Shown here: one piece after another, positions 26,331-35,680 of the stretch
Position numbering within the stretch: the first letter of the stretch is position 1
How the letters are laid out: each line of letters begins with the position of its first letter
DNA from: an uncultured Candidatus Saccharibacteria bacterium
Lineage (GTDB): Bacteria; Patescibacteriota; Minisyncoccia; Minisyncoccales; CAYTKG01
Reading direction: 5' to 3'
Assembly (NCBI GenBank): GCA_964501525.1
Contig: CAZCSI010000002.1
Coordinates: 1 to 46,124 of the forward strand
DNA: 46,124 nucleotides
Notes under the pieces: generated by a model
What the model saw: only the letters and a program-made list of their open reading frames with translations
Told to the model about the DNA's origin: nothing
The model's database searches: none
Made by a program: the position numbers and the translations under genes

Positions 26331-27419
26331 TTACCCCAACAGCCTTACGGCGACTCCGATGAGGGCTGCTACCACTCCGATGATCCAAAAGCGCATAGTT
26401 ACTTTGTAGGACGGCCATTTTTTACCTTCAAAATGGTGATGGATGGGTGCGGCCAAGAGCACCTTTTTCTTGAAAAACTTTTTGGACACAAGCTGGACGA
26501 TAACAGAGGCCGATTCAACCACCAGTAAAAGGGCGATGATGGGCAGAACAAGAACGGAGTCGGTTAAAAAGGCGACTACGGTCAGAGTGGTGCCCAGGCC
26601 TAAAATACCGGTTTCGCCCATATAAAAGCGGGCGGGCGGAATATTAAACCATAAAAAAGACAAAAGCGCTCCCAGAATAGTTGCGCAAAAAGTTGCCAGA
26701 TTAACTTGACCCTGCCAAAGAGCAATAATACCGTAAGCGGCAAAAATAGAAGCAAAAGCGCCTCCGGATAATCCGTCCAGTCCGTCAATCACGCCTCCCG
26801 AATAAACAGCCATGTTGACAACGACAAAAAGAAGGAGATAAAGAGGCCCGATATAGATCTCTCCGTTGCCCGGTATATGAATGGTTCTCCATCCCAGTTT
26901 AAAATAAAACCAATAAGCGCCTACAGCTCCTATGAGAAAAACAAGGCCCAGCCGCCAGGCTAACCGCAATCCACCGCCTATGTATTTTCCTTTTTTTATT
27001 CTTTTTCCCAAGACTCTAAAAGGAAGACCGACCACCAGAAAATCGTCTATCAAACCCAGCAGGGAACCGGCTGCCAGAGCGAAAAGCGGAAGCCAGGTTT
27101 GGTCCCGGGACAAGAAGTTAAATTTTCCGAAGATAAAGATGTCCGTCTGAGAAAGAACCCAGAAGGCAAGAGCTAAACCCAGAGTGCTGACCCAGACCAG
27201 CGCTCCTCCGCTTCGAGGCGTATTAACCTCTTTTTGTTCGTGGTACTGCGTGAAAACAGGAATCTCCTTCCCGTCTATGGACTTGTCCCTCGGTTTCTTT
27301 TTCCAAAACTCGTATTTGTAAAGAAAGTGAGTAAGAAGAGGAGTCAATAAAAAGGAGGTTAAAAAACCTAAAGCCCCGAGCGTGAATATTTTGAGAACAT
27401 CTAATGTTAAATCAGGCAT
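26331..27419 (-). CDS. mraY: phospho-N-acetylmuramoyl-pentapeptide transferase
   Basis: GLIDDF, IDGLDGLSGG and APIHHHFE are present in a polytopic membrane protein. Confidence 0.9.
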   Translation of the reverse strand: MPDLTLDVLKIFTLGALGFLTSFLLTPLLTHFLYKYEFWKKKPRDKSIDGKEIPVFTQYHEQKEVNTPRSGGALVWVSTLGLALAFWVLSQTDIFIFGKFNFLSRDQTWLPLFALAAGSLLGLIDDFLVVGLPFRVLGKRIKKGKYIGGGLRLAWRLGLVFLIGAVGAYWFYFKLGWRTIHIPGNGEIYIGPLYLLLFVVVNMAVYSGGVIDGLDGLSGGAFASIFAAYGIIALWQGQVNLATFCATILGALLSFLWFNIPPARFYMGETGILGLGTTLTVVAFLTDSVLVLPIIALLLVVESASVIVQLVSKKFFKKKVLLAAPIHHHFEGKKWPSYKVTMRFWIIGVVAALIGVAVRLLG

Positions 27420-27422
27420 ACT

Positions 27423-28445
27423 TTACCATTTATAGGCTTTATTAATCCAATCTATCAGTTTTTCCATCTCCTTGAAGTTATCCTCTGCTCCGAGCACCAC
27501 TCCTATTACCAGATTATTGTCGTGCTGGTTTCTGAAACTAAGCAGTAAACACTGGCCCGCAATCGGTGTTCTTCCCGTCTTAGCGATAACCATCCCGGGC
27601 AGGTCATCCAACAGCTTGTTGGTCGTATCCATTTGATGGTGAAACCAGCCTGAGGAGGTATATATTCCTCTTGTTTTTGTTCTGCCAATATCACTTATCA
27701 GGGTGCTGGCTGACATTTTTTTGGCCAGCTTGACAAGGTCGCTCGCTGTTGAATAGTTGGGTATTTCGTAGGGAAGCTCCGGGTCCAATCCGGTAGGATT
27801 GAAAAATTGAGTGTCATACATCTCCAACTCGCGAGCTTTTTTATTCATCTCACGTATGAACTCCTGTTCTCCTTTTGCTTCAGCCAGCGTAAAAACCGCC
27901 CGATTGCTGGACTCTACCAGAGAAGAATACAATAAATCTTTTATATAAAACTCCTCTCCTTCTCTGAAGAAGTTGGGTTCTCCCGGCTGACCGGCTGCTT
28001 TTTCGGATAAAACCAAGGTTTGATTAAGGTCGTACTGCTCCACAACCACCAGGCCGCTCATTAATTTGGTCAGGCTGGCGATAGGCAGGGGTTTGTTCGG
28101 TTCCTTTTCAAAAAGTATCCTTTGTTCTCCGTCTTTGATAAGAACCACAAGAGCGCTTCTGGCTTCAATCTCCGGTTCTTCAACCTGTCGGAAACGGATA
28201 GGCTTGGCTTTGGCGTATCTCAAGGCTAACACTTTGTTTCTGGCCTCTCTTGTTTGTTCGTATTCTCTGAACTGAATGCATTCCAGGGAAATTTTTTCTA
28301 CCTCGGCCCGTATAGGTCCATAAAGGGCGACAACCCCGGCTAAGAAAACGATTAAAACAAGGAGGCGTGTTTTATTAACTCCTTTTTCATTGAGATAGCG
28401 TGCTATTTTATTTTTCACCTCCGGTGTCTTATTTTTCTGAATCAT
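27423..28445 (-). CDS. D-alanyl-D-alanine carboxypeptidase (S11, low-MW PBP)
   Basis: SxxK (ASLTK), SxN (SSN) and KTG (AKTGRT) occur in the canonical order, after an N-terminal membrane anchor. Confidence 0.8.
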   Translation of the reverse strand: MIQKNKTPEVKNKIARYLNEKGVNKTRLLVLIVFLAGVVALYGPIRAEVEKISLECIQFREYEQTREARNKVLALRYAKAKPIRFRQVEEPEIEARSALVVLIKDGEQRILFEKEPNKPLPIASLTKLMSGLVVVEQYDLNQTLVLSEKAAGQPGEPNFFREGEEFYIKDLLYSSLVESSNRAVFTLAEAKGEQEFIREMNKKARELEMYDTQFFNPTGLDPELPYEIPNYSTASDLVKLAKKMSASTLISDIGRTKTRGIYTSSGWFHHQMDTTNKLLDDLPGMVIAKTGRTPIAGQCLLLSFRNQHDNNLVIGVVLGAEDNFKEMEKLIDWINKAYKW

Positions 28446-28995
28446 TTTTCTCTTTGTAATTCCGGGCTGACTGTTCTATAAACTTTTTTGCTTTCTTAGC
28501 GCCCTGCCAGCTGTCTATCTTGACCCATTTATTCTCTTCCAGGTCTTTATAGTGTTCAAAAAAGTTTTTAATCTCAGCCAGGAGGTAGGGCGATACATCT
28601 TCGACGTCTCTTATGTTTTTGAAAAAAGGGTCAACCTTGTCCGCCGGTACGCACAACACCTTGTCGTCCTTTCCTTTTTCGTCCTCCATCTCCATCAGCC
28701 CTATGGGCCGGCAGGGAATCACTATCCCCGGATGATGAGGCTGAGAAACAAGGACAAGGGCGTCAACCGGGTCCCCGTCGTCACACAGTGTTTTGGGAAT
28801 CATTCCGTAGTCGCCCGGGTAGATCATAGAGCCGAAAAGGTCGCGGTCCAGAAACAGAATACCTCTTTCTTTGTCGAGTTCGTATTTTTCCTTACTGCCT
28901 TTTGAAACCTCTATTACAACATAAACGGTTTCCGGAAAGCTGTTTTCCGGCCCCGGTTCTAAGTTGTTCCAGGCAGTTTTTATTTTTTCATGCAT
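28429..28995 (-). CDS. ppa: inorganic pyrophosphatase, family I
   Basis: YVVIEVSKGSKEKYE, YPGDYGMIP, DGDPVDALVL and DDKVLCV are present. Confidence 0.9.
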   Translation of the reverse strand: MHEKIKTAWNNLEPGPENSFPETVYVVIEVSKGSKEKYELDKERGILFLDRDLFGSMIYPGDYGMIPKTLCDDGDPVDALVLVSQPHHPGIVIPCRPIGLMEMEDEKGKDDKVLCVPADKVDPFFKNIRDVEDVSPYLLAEIKNFFEHYKDLEENKWVKIDSWQGAKKAKKFIEQSARNYKEKNDSEK

Positions 28996-29043
28996 AATAT
29001 AAAGCTGTTATTGCTGTTATTGGTTTGTAATTTTTTTACTTTT

Positions 29044-30441
29044 CTATTTTTTCTTCTTTTTAATCTCAAGGTGAAGCTCCTCGAGCTGCTCCTCGTCTAT
29101 TTCACTGGGTGCGTTCATAACCGCTGTTTTGCCGCCTGCAGTGGAAGGGAAGGCCATCACCTCTCTTACGCTCGGTTCTCCGAGAAGAACCATAAGAAAG
29201 CGGTCGAATCCGAGAGCAATGCCTCCATGGGGCGGTACGCCGTATTGAAACGCCTCAAGCAGATGGCCGAATTTTGTTTTGATCTCCTGGTTTGAGTGCC
29301 CCAATATTTCAAATATTTTTTGCTGAACCTCGGGGTCGGTTATCCTGATGCTTCCTCCTCCTACCTCATAGCCGTTGAGTACAAAATCGTGCTGCCACGA
29401 CTTTGCTTTCATCGGGTCTTTTTCTAAAAGAGCCAGGTCTTGTTCTTTGGGAGCGGTAAAGGGGTGGTGGGCAGGAGTTATCTTTTTCTCTTTCGTTTTT
29501 TGAAAAAGCGGCCAGTCCACGATAAAACAAAAAGCCAGTTCATGAGGGTTGTTTTTGTTTTTCCTAAGGTCCGGCTTGTCCGTTCCGTACTTTTTAAAGG
29601 CTTGTTCGTAAGTTATGCGGGGAAAAGGTTTTTGTTTTATTTCTTTTTCAGGAAACACCTTGTGTACGATTTTTGTAAAAAGCTCTTCAGTCAGCTTCAA
29701 GATCTCTTCTTGGTCGGTAAAGGAAAGCTCGATATCGATTTGTGTAAATTCTCCATAAGCTCTGTCAGCTCTCGGGTCCTCATCCCTGAAACAGCGGGCT
29801 ATCTGGAAATACTTTTCAAACCCGGCCACCATTAAAAGTTGCTTGTACTGCTGCGGGCTTTGAGGCAGGGCGTAAAAGCAGCCCGGCTGGAGCCGGGACG
29901 GGACTACGAAATCTCTCGCCCCCTCCGGGGTTGATTTGGTGAGGATCGGCGTTTCAATCTCGACAAACCCTTTTTTGATAAGAAACTCCCGGGTGGTGTG
30001 AGCCGTTTTCTGGCGGAAAACAATATTTCTTTTCATTCTTTCCCTTCGGAGGTCCAGATATCTGTAATCTAACCGTTTTTGTTCATTGATTTCATATCCG
30101 TCCGTGTTTAAAGGCAAGGGCGGAGTCTGCGCGGTTGATAAGATTTCAAGTTTGTGCGCCTCTATCTCTATGCTTCCTGTAGCCACCTCCTTGTTTATCA
30201 TACTGGCCGGCCTCTGCTTTATTTTTCCTTCGACCTCTATTACCGACTCCGGTTTAAGGGACTGGGCTTTTTGGAAAACATCTTTTTGCTTGGGGCTGAA
30301 CACGAGCTGAGCTATTCCGGAGCGGTCCCTGAGGTCTACAAAAATGATCTTGCCATGAGATCTAATCGAATCGACCCACCCTTTGAGCAGCGCCCTCTCC
30401 CCTACTTTTTTAGTTGTTTCTTGAGTTAAAATTCTTTTCAT
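29044..30441 (-). CDS. aspS: aspartyl-tRNA synthetase, bacterial type but lacking the GAD insertion domain (465 aa)
   Basis: LPQSPQQYKQLLM, CFRDEDPRADR..EFTQIDIE, GGGSIRI and GFDRFLM are present. YGTDKPDLR runs almost directly into FIVDWPLF. Confidence 0.9.
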   Translation of the reverse strand: MKRILTQETTKKVGERALLKGWVDSIRSHGKIIFVDLRDRSGIAQLVFSPKQKDVFQKAQSLKPESVIEVEGKIKQRPASMINKEVATGSIEIEAHKLEILSTAQTPPLPLNTDGYEINEQKRLDYRYLDLRRERMKRNIVFRQKTAHTTREFLIKKGFVEIETPILTKSTPEGARDFVVPSRLQPGCFYALPQSPQQYKQLLMVAGFEKYFQIARCFRDEDPRADRAYGEFTQIDIELSFTDQEEILKLTEELFTKIVHKVFPEKEIKQKPFPRITYEQAFKKYGTDKPDLRKNKNNPHELAFCFIVDWPLFQKTKEKKITPAHHPFTAPKEQDLALLEKDPMKAKSWQHDFVLNGYEVGGGSIRITDPEVQQKIFEILGHSNQEIKTKFGHLLEAFQYGVPPHGGIALGFDRFLMVLLGEPSVREVMAFPSTAGGKTAVMNAPSEIDEEQLEELHLEIKKKKK

Positions 30442-30547
30442 ATTAGTGAATAAAACAGGAATAAAAAACTTTAAAATTATTTAAATATTGATCAGCGGCC
30501 TAACGGCTGCAGGCAGACAGGGTCTTTTCAAAAAAAAGAGTTTTTTA

Positions 30548-30946
30548 TCAATCTCTGATTTTTTCTGCTACTTTCTCTAACTCTTCAGGGCTCTTTTTTT
30601 CACTTCTGCGGGTCAGAATCATACCCAGCGGCTGTTCTTGAACAACAGGATAAAGCTTGAGGTGGGCGTGGCCGATATCAAGCCCTTCTATTACCATAAA
30701 CACCCTTTCAGCGTCCAGTCCGGATTTGAGTTTGTGCGCCACCTCGTATCCCGCCCGCATAAAGTTTTTGTAAACCTCAGGCTTCATCTCAAAAACTTTG
30801 GAGGAATAATGCTTCTTGGGAAGCACTACTGTCATACCCTGAACAATGGGCTGAATATCCAAAATGGCCAGGAAACCTTCATTTTCCCAAACCCTGGTTC
30901 CGGGCATCTCTCTCTTTACAATTTGACAGAAAATGCACTCTTTCAT
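30548..30946 (-). CDS. HIT-family (histidine triad) protein, motif variant H-x-H-x-K
   Basis: It has the N-terminal CIFCQIV and the triad region GHAHLKLYP. The protein is 132 aa. Confidence 0.8.
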   Translation of the reverse strand: MKECIFCQIVKREMPGTRVWENEGFLAILDIQPIVQGMTVVLPKKHYSSKVFEMKPEVYKNFMRAGYEVAHKLKSGLDAERVFMVIEGLDIGHAHLKLYPVVQEQPLGMILTRRSEKKSPEELEKVAEKIRD

Positions 30947-30948
30947 CT

Positions 30949-31329
30949 TTATTTTTTCTCTTTCTTACTTTTTAACATGGAGATACCGACCCCGGCTATT
31001 TTACTGCCTCCGAAAGTGGATATCCCGGCGAAAATAGACCAGGAGACAAGATTAAGCATTTTGGCTATCGCTTGGGGCGGGATCATCTCCTTAAACTGGC
31101 CGCCAAGCTGTTCTCTTAACATACGTTCTATCTCTTGTTCGCTAAAACCGGTTTGGCTGTCTTCAGTATCTTGTTGTTTTGGTTCAGTTGAAAAATCTTG
31201 TTCAGAAAAAACCTGGGGAACCGGCAGTTGGCCTGTAAATATTTTGTAAGAATGCCACAAAACAACGACCACGATGCTCACCCCCAGAAAAAGCAGCAAA
31301 ACCCCTATAATTTTAAGCCCTTGATTCAT
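30949..31329 (-). CDS. hypothetical membrane protein (126 aa)
   Basis: Two hydrophobic segments flank an acidic linker. It is tightly packed between murC and the HIT gene. No family was recognised. Confidence 0.5.
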   Translation of the reverse strand: MNQGLKIIGVLLLFLGVSIVVVVLWHSYKIFTGQLPVPQVFSEQDFSTEPKQQDTEDSQTGFSEQEIERMLREQLGGQFKEMIPPQAIAKMLNLVSWSIFAGISTFGGSKIAGVGISMLKSKKEKK

Positions 31330-31360
31330 TTAAATTTTTGCTTATTTTATTATCCTTGGT

Positions 31361-32665
31361 TCATTCTATCAAACTTTGCACTATCTTGTAAATATTACCC
31401 GCCCCCATAACAAGAACAACATCTTTTTTTGTTGTTTTTTTATTTAAAAACTCTGGTATTTCAAGGTAATTTTTAATAAAAGTTACCTTTCGACCCTGGC
31501 TTTTGATCTCGTCGGCCAGCTTTTTCCCGCTTACTTTTTCTTTTATCTCTTTTTTCTCCCGGCCGGGTACACTGTATATTTCAGTTAAAACTATCTCGTC
31601 CGCCTGCTTAAAAGCGGGCGGAAATCTTTGATAAAGATAGTGGGTTCTCTGGTATTGGTGGGGCTGAAAAACCGCCCATATCTTTTTGTCCGGGTATCTT
31701 TCTCTGGCTGCCTGGAGCGTGGCTTTGATCTCGGTGGGATGGTGAGCGTAATCGGAGATGACAACAAAGGGGGCCTGTTGTACAACCTGGAATCTGCGCC
31801 ACCCTCCTTTGTACTCGGAAACTGCTTTCAACGACACCGTGTCTTGAATCCCTATCTCCCGGGCCAGAGTCAAAGCGGCTAAAGCGTTAGAAACATTGTG
31901 CCGGCCCGGAATGCTTATCACCTTCCTTATTTTTTGAACCGAGTTCTTGTCCTGCAGGGAATAGCGGATTATTTTTGTTTTTAAATTCGAGATTCGAGGC
32001 TCCAGAGTTGAGATCTGCGGATTATCCTTGTTAACGATCAGGGTTTCCTGTTCGGAAAGTTTTTTCCAGAATTTGACGAACGTGTCTTTGATCTCGTCCA
32101 GGTTTTCATAACAGTCAAGATGTTCTTTGTCTATATTGGTGGTTATAATTATCTCGGGGTCGTAACTTAGGAACGCTTTTTGATACTCATCCGCTTCTAA
32201 AAGCAGATACCGAGATTTTCCCGGCCGATAGTTGCTGTTGTCAAACTGCGGCAAGTTGGTTCCAATGATGACCGTTGGATCCAGCCCCGCTTTTATCAGG
32301 ATCAAAGCTGCAAAGGCGGTGGTAGTCCCCTTGCCATGGGCTCCGCTGACAGCGATTGTCCGGTATTTTCGGGTCAGTTCGCCTACGGCCTGAGGATAAG
32401 TCAGGCTTTTAATTTCTCTTTTTTCTGTTTCCTCTATCTCGGGATTGTCTTTCGGAACAGCTGCGCTGCGGATTACCAGTTGAGTGTCCGGAGCAAGGTT
32501 TTCTTTTTTGTGCTTGTAAAAAATCCGGGCCCCCTTTTTTTCCAGATCCCGGGTGATCTCCGAAGCGACCAGGTCTGAACCGGTTACCGTCCACTTTTGA
32601 GAGAGATAATGGCGGGCCAGAGCGGACACTCCTATGCCTCCTATGCCTACGAAATGAACCTTCAT
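31361..32665 (-). CDS. murC: UDP-N-acetylmuramate--L-alanine ligase
   Basis: VHFVGIGGIGVSALA, the P-loop SGAHGKGTTTA and DYAHHPTEI are present. Confidence 0.9.
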   Translation of the reverse strand: MKVHFVGIGGIGVSALARHYLSQKWTVTGSDLVASEITRDLEKKGARIFYKHKKENLAPDTQLVIRSAAVPKDNPEIEETEKREIKSLTYPQAVGELTRKYRTIAVSGAHGKGTTTAFAALILIKAGLDPTVIIGTNLPQFDNSNYRPGKSRYLLLEADEYQKAFLSYDPEIIITTNIDKEHLDCYENLDEIKDTFVKFWKKLSEQETLIVNKDNPQISTLEPRISNLKTKIIRYSLQDKNSVQKIRKVISIPGRHNVSNALAALTLAREIGIQDTVSLKAVSEYKGGWRRFQVVQQAPFVVISDYAHHPTEIKATLQAARERYPDKKIWAVFQPHQYQRTHYLYQRFPPAFKQADEIVLTEIYSVPGREKKEIKEKVSGKKLADEIKSQGRKVTFIKNYLEIPEFLNKKTTKKDVVLVMGAGNIYKIVQSLIE

Positions 32666-32696
32666 AATTTATCTTGCCTTAAAGGGGGTTATAAGA

Positions 32697-33266
32697 TTAA
32701 AAATCACCCAGCTTTATTGACTGTATCATGGTGTATTCAGGACCTGACCGCTTAAGTTCGCTTTCCATTATATCTATGGATTCTACTTTAAAAGTATGAT
32801 CAACCGTCAACGCAACCTTCGGCCTCTGTCCGGGATTCAACCGTCTCCATTCAAACTTTTTTATTCTGCCCAGGGTGATGTGGGGTATATATCTTCTTCT
32901 CTCCGGTCGGTATCCTGTGTTTTGAGCCAGATTTTTATCCAGCTCTTTTTTTAACTGAACAAGTTTCCCGCTCCTGCCTTTTATCCAGACCAGAGACGGC
33001 GGCATTTTTTTAGGCGGCCCATAGCATACTTTTTCCAACTCAACAGAAAAGGGCTTGTATTCTTTGACAGCGGTTTTTACCGCTTTTTCTATCTCTTGAA
33101 CCTCGTTTTTTCCCGTATTGCCTAAAAAAGCGAGGGTGAGATGAAGATTTTCCTCTTTAACCCACCGGCAAGGCAGCCCGGGCCATCTATCTTGTATTTG
33201 GGCCAGCTCTTGGGCTGATTCCTGAGGCAGGTTGACGGCTATAAAGATTCTTTTAGGCTTAGGCAT
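32697..33266 (-). CDS. thpR: RNA 2',3'-cyclic phosphodiesterase (2H phosphoesterase, ThpR/LigT-like)
   Basis: Two H-x-T-x motifs are present (HLTLAF and HITLGR) in a 189-aa protein. Confidence 0.8.
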   Translation of the reverse strand: MPKPKRIFIAVNLPQESAQELAQIQDRWPGLPCRWVKEENLHLTLAFLGNTGKNEVQEIEKAVKTAVKEYKPFSVELEKVCYGPPKKMPPSLVWIKGRSGKLVQLKKELDKNLAQNTGYRPERRRYIPHITLGRIKKFEWRRLNPGQRPKVALTVDHTFKVESIDIMESELKRSGPEYTMIQSIKLGDF

Positions 33267-33289
33267 TAATTAACTATAACAGATATCTG

Positions 33290-33298
33290 TGTTAAAAT
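33290..33298 (+). promoter_or_regulatory. extended -10 element (TGtTAAAAT) 7 nt upstream of the radical SAM gene ATG
   Basis: TG at 33290-33291 is followed by TAAAAT at 33293-33298, and the ATG is at 33306. There is no SD in the 7-nt gap. Confidence 0.45.
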
Positions 33299-33305
33299 AT
33301 AGCTG

Positions 33306-34325
33306 ATGAAAGAGTCGTATTTATACAGAAAACTGAAACAAGAAAGAGTTCAGTGTTCCACCTGTGCTCATTACTGCGTTTTAGACCGGGGCGAGTATGG
33401 CAGATGCGGGGTGCGGAAGAATAAACAAGGTGAGTTATACGCTCTGAACTACGAAAACTGCGTTGCCTTAAGCAGCGATCCGGTTGAGAAAAAACCTTTA
33501 TTTCATTTTTTGCCCGGCACCTCTACTCTTTCTATGGCTACAGTCGGCTGCAACTTCAGGTGCGACAACTGTCAAAACTGGCACATATCGCAGGGTCCGA
33601 AGATAAACAAAGGGTCGGTTCCGGGTCAGAAAATAACTTCTCTGGAGATAGTGGAAAAAGCACTGGAAAAAGATGTTCCTTCCCTTTCCTACACCTATAC
33701 TGAACCCACTATTTTTCTGGAGTATGCTCTGGATACCATGAAGCTGGCCCATGAGCGGGGCCTTAAAAATATTTGGGTGACCAATGGTTTTTTATCAAAA
33801 GAGAGCTTTGATCTTGTTGCTCCTTTTTTAGATGCAGTTAACGTGGATCTTAAAAGTTTTGACAATGATTTTTATGTTGACCACTGCGGGGCCCGGCTTC
33901 AACCGGTGCTGGAGACTCTAAAAAGGATAAAAACTGCGGATATTTGGCTTGAAGTGACCACTCTTGTTATTCCCACCCTGAGCGACGACCTTGAAATGCT
34001 GTCTCAAATAGCCCGTTTTATAAATCAAAAATTAGGTTCGGAAACACCCTGGCATCTCAGCCGTTTCTCAGGCGTCATATCCTGGAAACTCAAGAATTTA
34101 CCGGATACTTCGGTTCAAACTCTTAAAAAAGCCCACGAGATTGGAAAAAGTCAAGGGTTAAAGTATGTTTACACCGGCAACCTTCCCGGGATGGAAACCG
34201 AGGATACTTTTTGCCCTCGGTGCGGGGAAAAAATTATAGACCGCTCCGGTTACCGGGTGCAAAGAAAAGATAAATCGGGAAAATGTGCTCAATGCGGACA
34301 AAAAATCAAAATTATTATCAATTGA
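33306..34325 (+). CDS. AmmeMemoRadiSam-type radical SAM enzyme (PFL-activase-like)
   Basis: CNFRCDNC (CX3CX2C) is present. Extra cysteines include the N-terminal CSTCAHYC..C and the C-terminal CPRC..CAQC ribbon. It lies in an operon with Memo/LigB-like and AMMECR1 genes. Confidence 0.85.
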   Translation: MKESYLYRKLKQERVQCSTCAHYCVLDRGEYGRCGVRKNKQGELYALNYENCVALSSDPVEKKPLFHFLPGTSTLSMATVGCNFRCDNCQNWHISQGPKINKGSVPGQKITSLEIVEKALEKDVPSLSYTYTEPTIFLEYALDTMKLAHERGLKNIWVTNGFLSKESFDLVAPFLDAVNVDLKSFDNDFYVDHCGARLQPVLETLKRIKTADIWLEVTTLVIPTLSDDLEMLSQIARFINQKLGSETPWHLSRFSGVISWKLKNLPDTSVQTLKKAHEIGKSQGLKYVYTGNLPGMETEDTFCPRCGEKIIDRSGYRVQRKDKSGKCAQCGQKIKIIIN

Positions 34326-34326
34326 T

Positions 34327-34950
34327 ATGCTGACCTTTGCTTCAATCTGCCCCCACCCGCCCCTTTTACTGCCCTGGGTCGGCGAGCCAAAGGACAGAAA
34401 CAGGGTAAAGGATACTCTGCGCGCCCTTGAGCGCCTAAGGGGTAGTTTTCAGAAAAAAAAGATAGAAAAAATTATCATCTCCTCTCCTCATCGCGACTGG
34501 GGATTCAATGTTCCCCTTTACTTTTTGGCTCCGGAGTTTGAAAAAGAAAAAAAGAAAATTCTGGTCGGGGTTGAACCTCCTGAGTTTTATTTTAAAAAAG
34601 GAAAAGAGCTGTATGCCGGTGAGATCAAAAACTCACGCTCAAGAATCGGCTTTATTGCCTCGGGAGATCTTTCCCACCGCTTAAAAGACGAAGGTCCTTA
34701 TGAGTTCCATACGGACGGCCCTGAGTTTGATAAAACCCTTGTTCGTTGTTTAAAGCAAAAAGAGGTTAAAAGAATACTGCGTCTTGGCCAAGAGTTTCCT
34801 CAGACCGGAGAGTGCGGCCTGCGCTCCATATCTTTTCTCCTGGGAGTGGTTGACGGTCTTGAGTGGGAGCCGGAGATTCTCAGTTACGAAGGCCCGTTCG
34901 GTGTAGGATATTTAACAGCAGAACTAAAAATCAACTCCGATGAGCTTTAA
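34327..34950 (+). CDS. class III extradiol dioxygenase / Memo-superfamily protein (short, ~208 aa)
   Basis: ICPHPPLLLP, ASGDLSHRL and GECGLRSISFLLG are present. ATG at 34327 is preferred because the 34285 start would lie inside the upstream gene. Confidence 0.65.
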   Translation: MLTFASICPHPPLLLPWVGEPKDRNRVKDTLRALERLRGSFQKKKIEKIIISSPHRDWGFNVPLYFLAPEFEKEKKKILVGVEPPEFYFKKGKELYAGEIKNSRSRIGFIASGDLSHRLKDEGPYEFHTDGPEFDKTLVRCLKQKEVKRILRLGQEFPQTGECGLRSISFLLGVVDGLEWEPEILSYEGPFGVGYLTAELKINSDEL

Positions 34951-35680
34951 AGTAATGTCCTGGAATATAAAGGGAGGGTGCAGACTGAAAAGGGTGGTAG
35001 AGCTGATCAGAAAACAAGAACCAACAGTGGTGGCTCTTCAAGAAGTGGATAAGAATTTGGAAAAAACCGGCGGTCTGGATATAGCAAAAGAAATTGCAGA
35101 AACTCTTGGCTTTAATTTTTTGTTTGCTCCGGGGTACAGAATACCCCAAAAAACAGGGGTTGGAGAGATGGGTAATGCTCTGCTATTTAAACATCCGCTT
35201 CAACGCAGAGAGACCTGTTTTTTAAGCCCTGAGATTGAATATGAAGGGTCGGGCGAAACAGAACCAAGAAATGTTTTAAAAGCCGAGTTAAAGATAGGAG
35301 GTAAAACCTGGAGTTTTCTGACCACCCACCTTGCGGTCTCAACCGGATTCGAGTTTAATAAAACAAAACAGGTTCAACTCAATACTCTTTTGAAGGTTGT
35401 CAACCGCAGTTCTCCGCCTTTAGTTCTTATGGGCGACCTCAACTCTCCTCCTCAAAGCCGGGTGGTGAAAAAAATAGAAAAGGTTTTGTTTAACGCTGAC
35501 CGCCAAGGCAGCAAAACCTGGCCTGTAGGCGGAGCAGAAAGAAAAGGATGGAGCGTGCCCGAGCTTGAATATACTATCGATTATATTTTTCTTTCCAAGG
35601 AAATCAAAAGCCGTGCTTTCAAGGTCTTAAAATCCGAGGCCTCCGACCATCTCCCCTTAATTGTAACCATACTGGATTAA
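34940..35680 (+). CDS. endonuclease/exonuclease/phosphatase (EEP) family protein
   Basis: SWNIKGG, ALQEV, GNALL, TTHL, MGDLNS, IDYIF and SDHLPL form a complete EEP catalytic motif set. An alternative start exists at 34955. Confidence 0.85.
   Translation: MSFKVMSWNIKGGCRLKRVVELIRKQEPTVVALQEVDKNLEKTGGLDIAKEIAETLGFNFLFAPGYRIPQKTGVGEMGNALLFKHPLQRRETCFLSPEIEYEGSGETEPRNVLKAELKIGGKTWSFLTTHLAVSTGFEFNKTKQVQLNTLLKVVNRSSPPLVLMGDLNSPPQSRVVKKIEKVLFNADRQGSKTWPVGGAERKGWSVPELEYTIDYIFLSKEIKSRAFKVLKSEASDHLPLIVTILD

Noticed and set aside
30442-30547. Possible T-box or riboswitch leader upstream of aspS
   Set aside because: Only 106 nt are available and only a 4-bp stem is visible. That is far too short for a T-box, and no specifier or antiterminator elements were seen.
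30638-31249. 203-aa plus-strand ORF
   Set aside because: It is antisense to the HIT gene and the adjacent membrane protein gene. It has no motifs and no SD.
34285-34326. Upstream start of the LigB/Memo-like ORF
   Set aside because: It lies inside the radical SAM gene 3' end. ATG at 34327 directly follows that gene's stop and precedes the conserved PHPP N-terminus.
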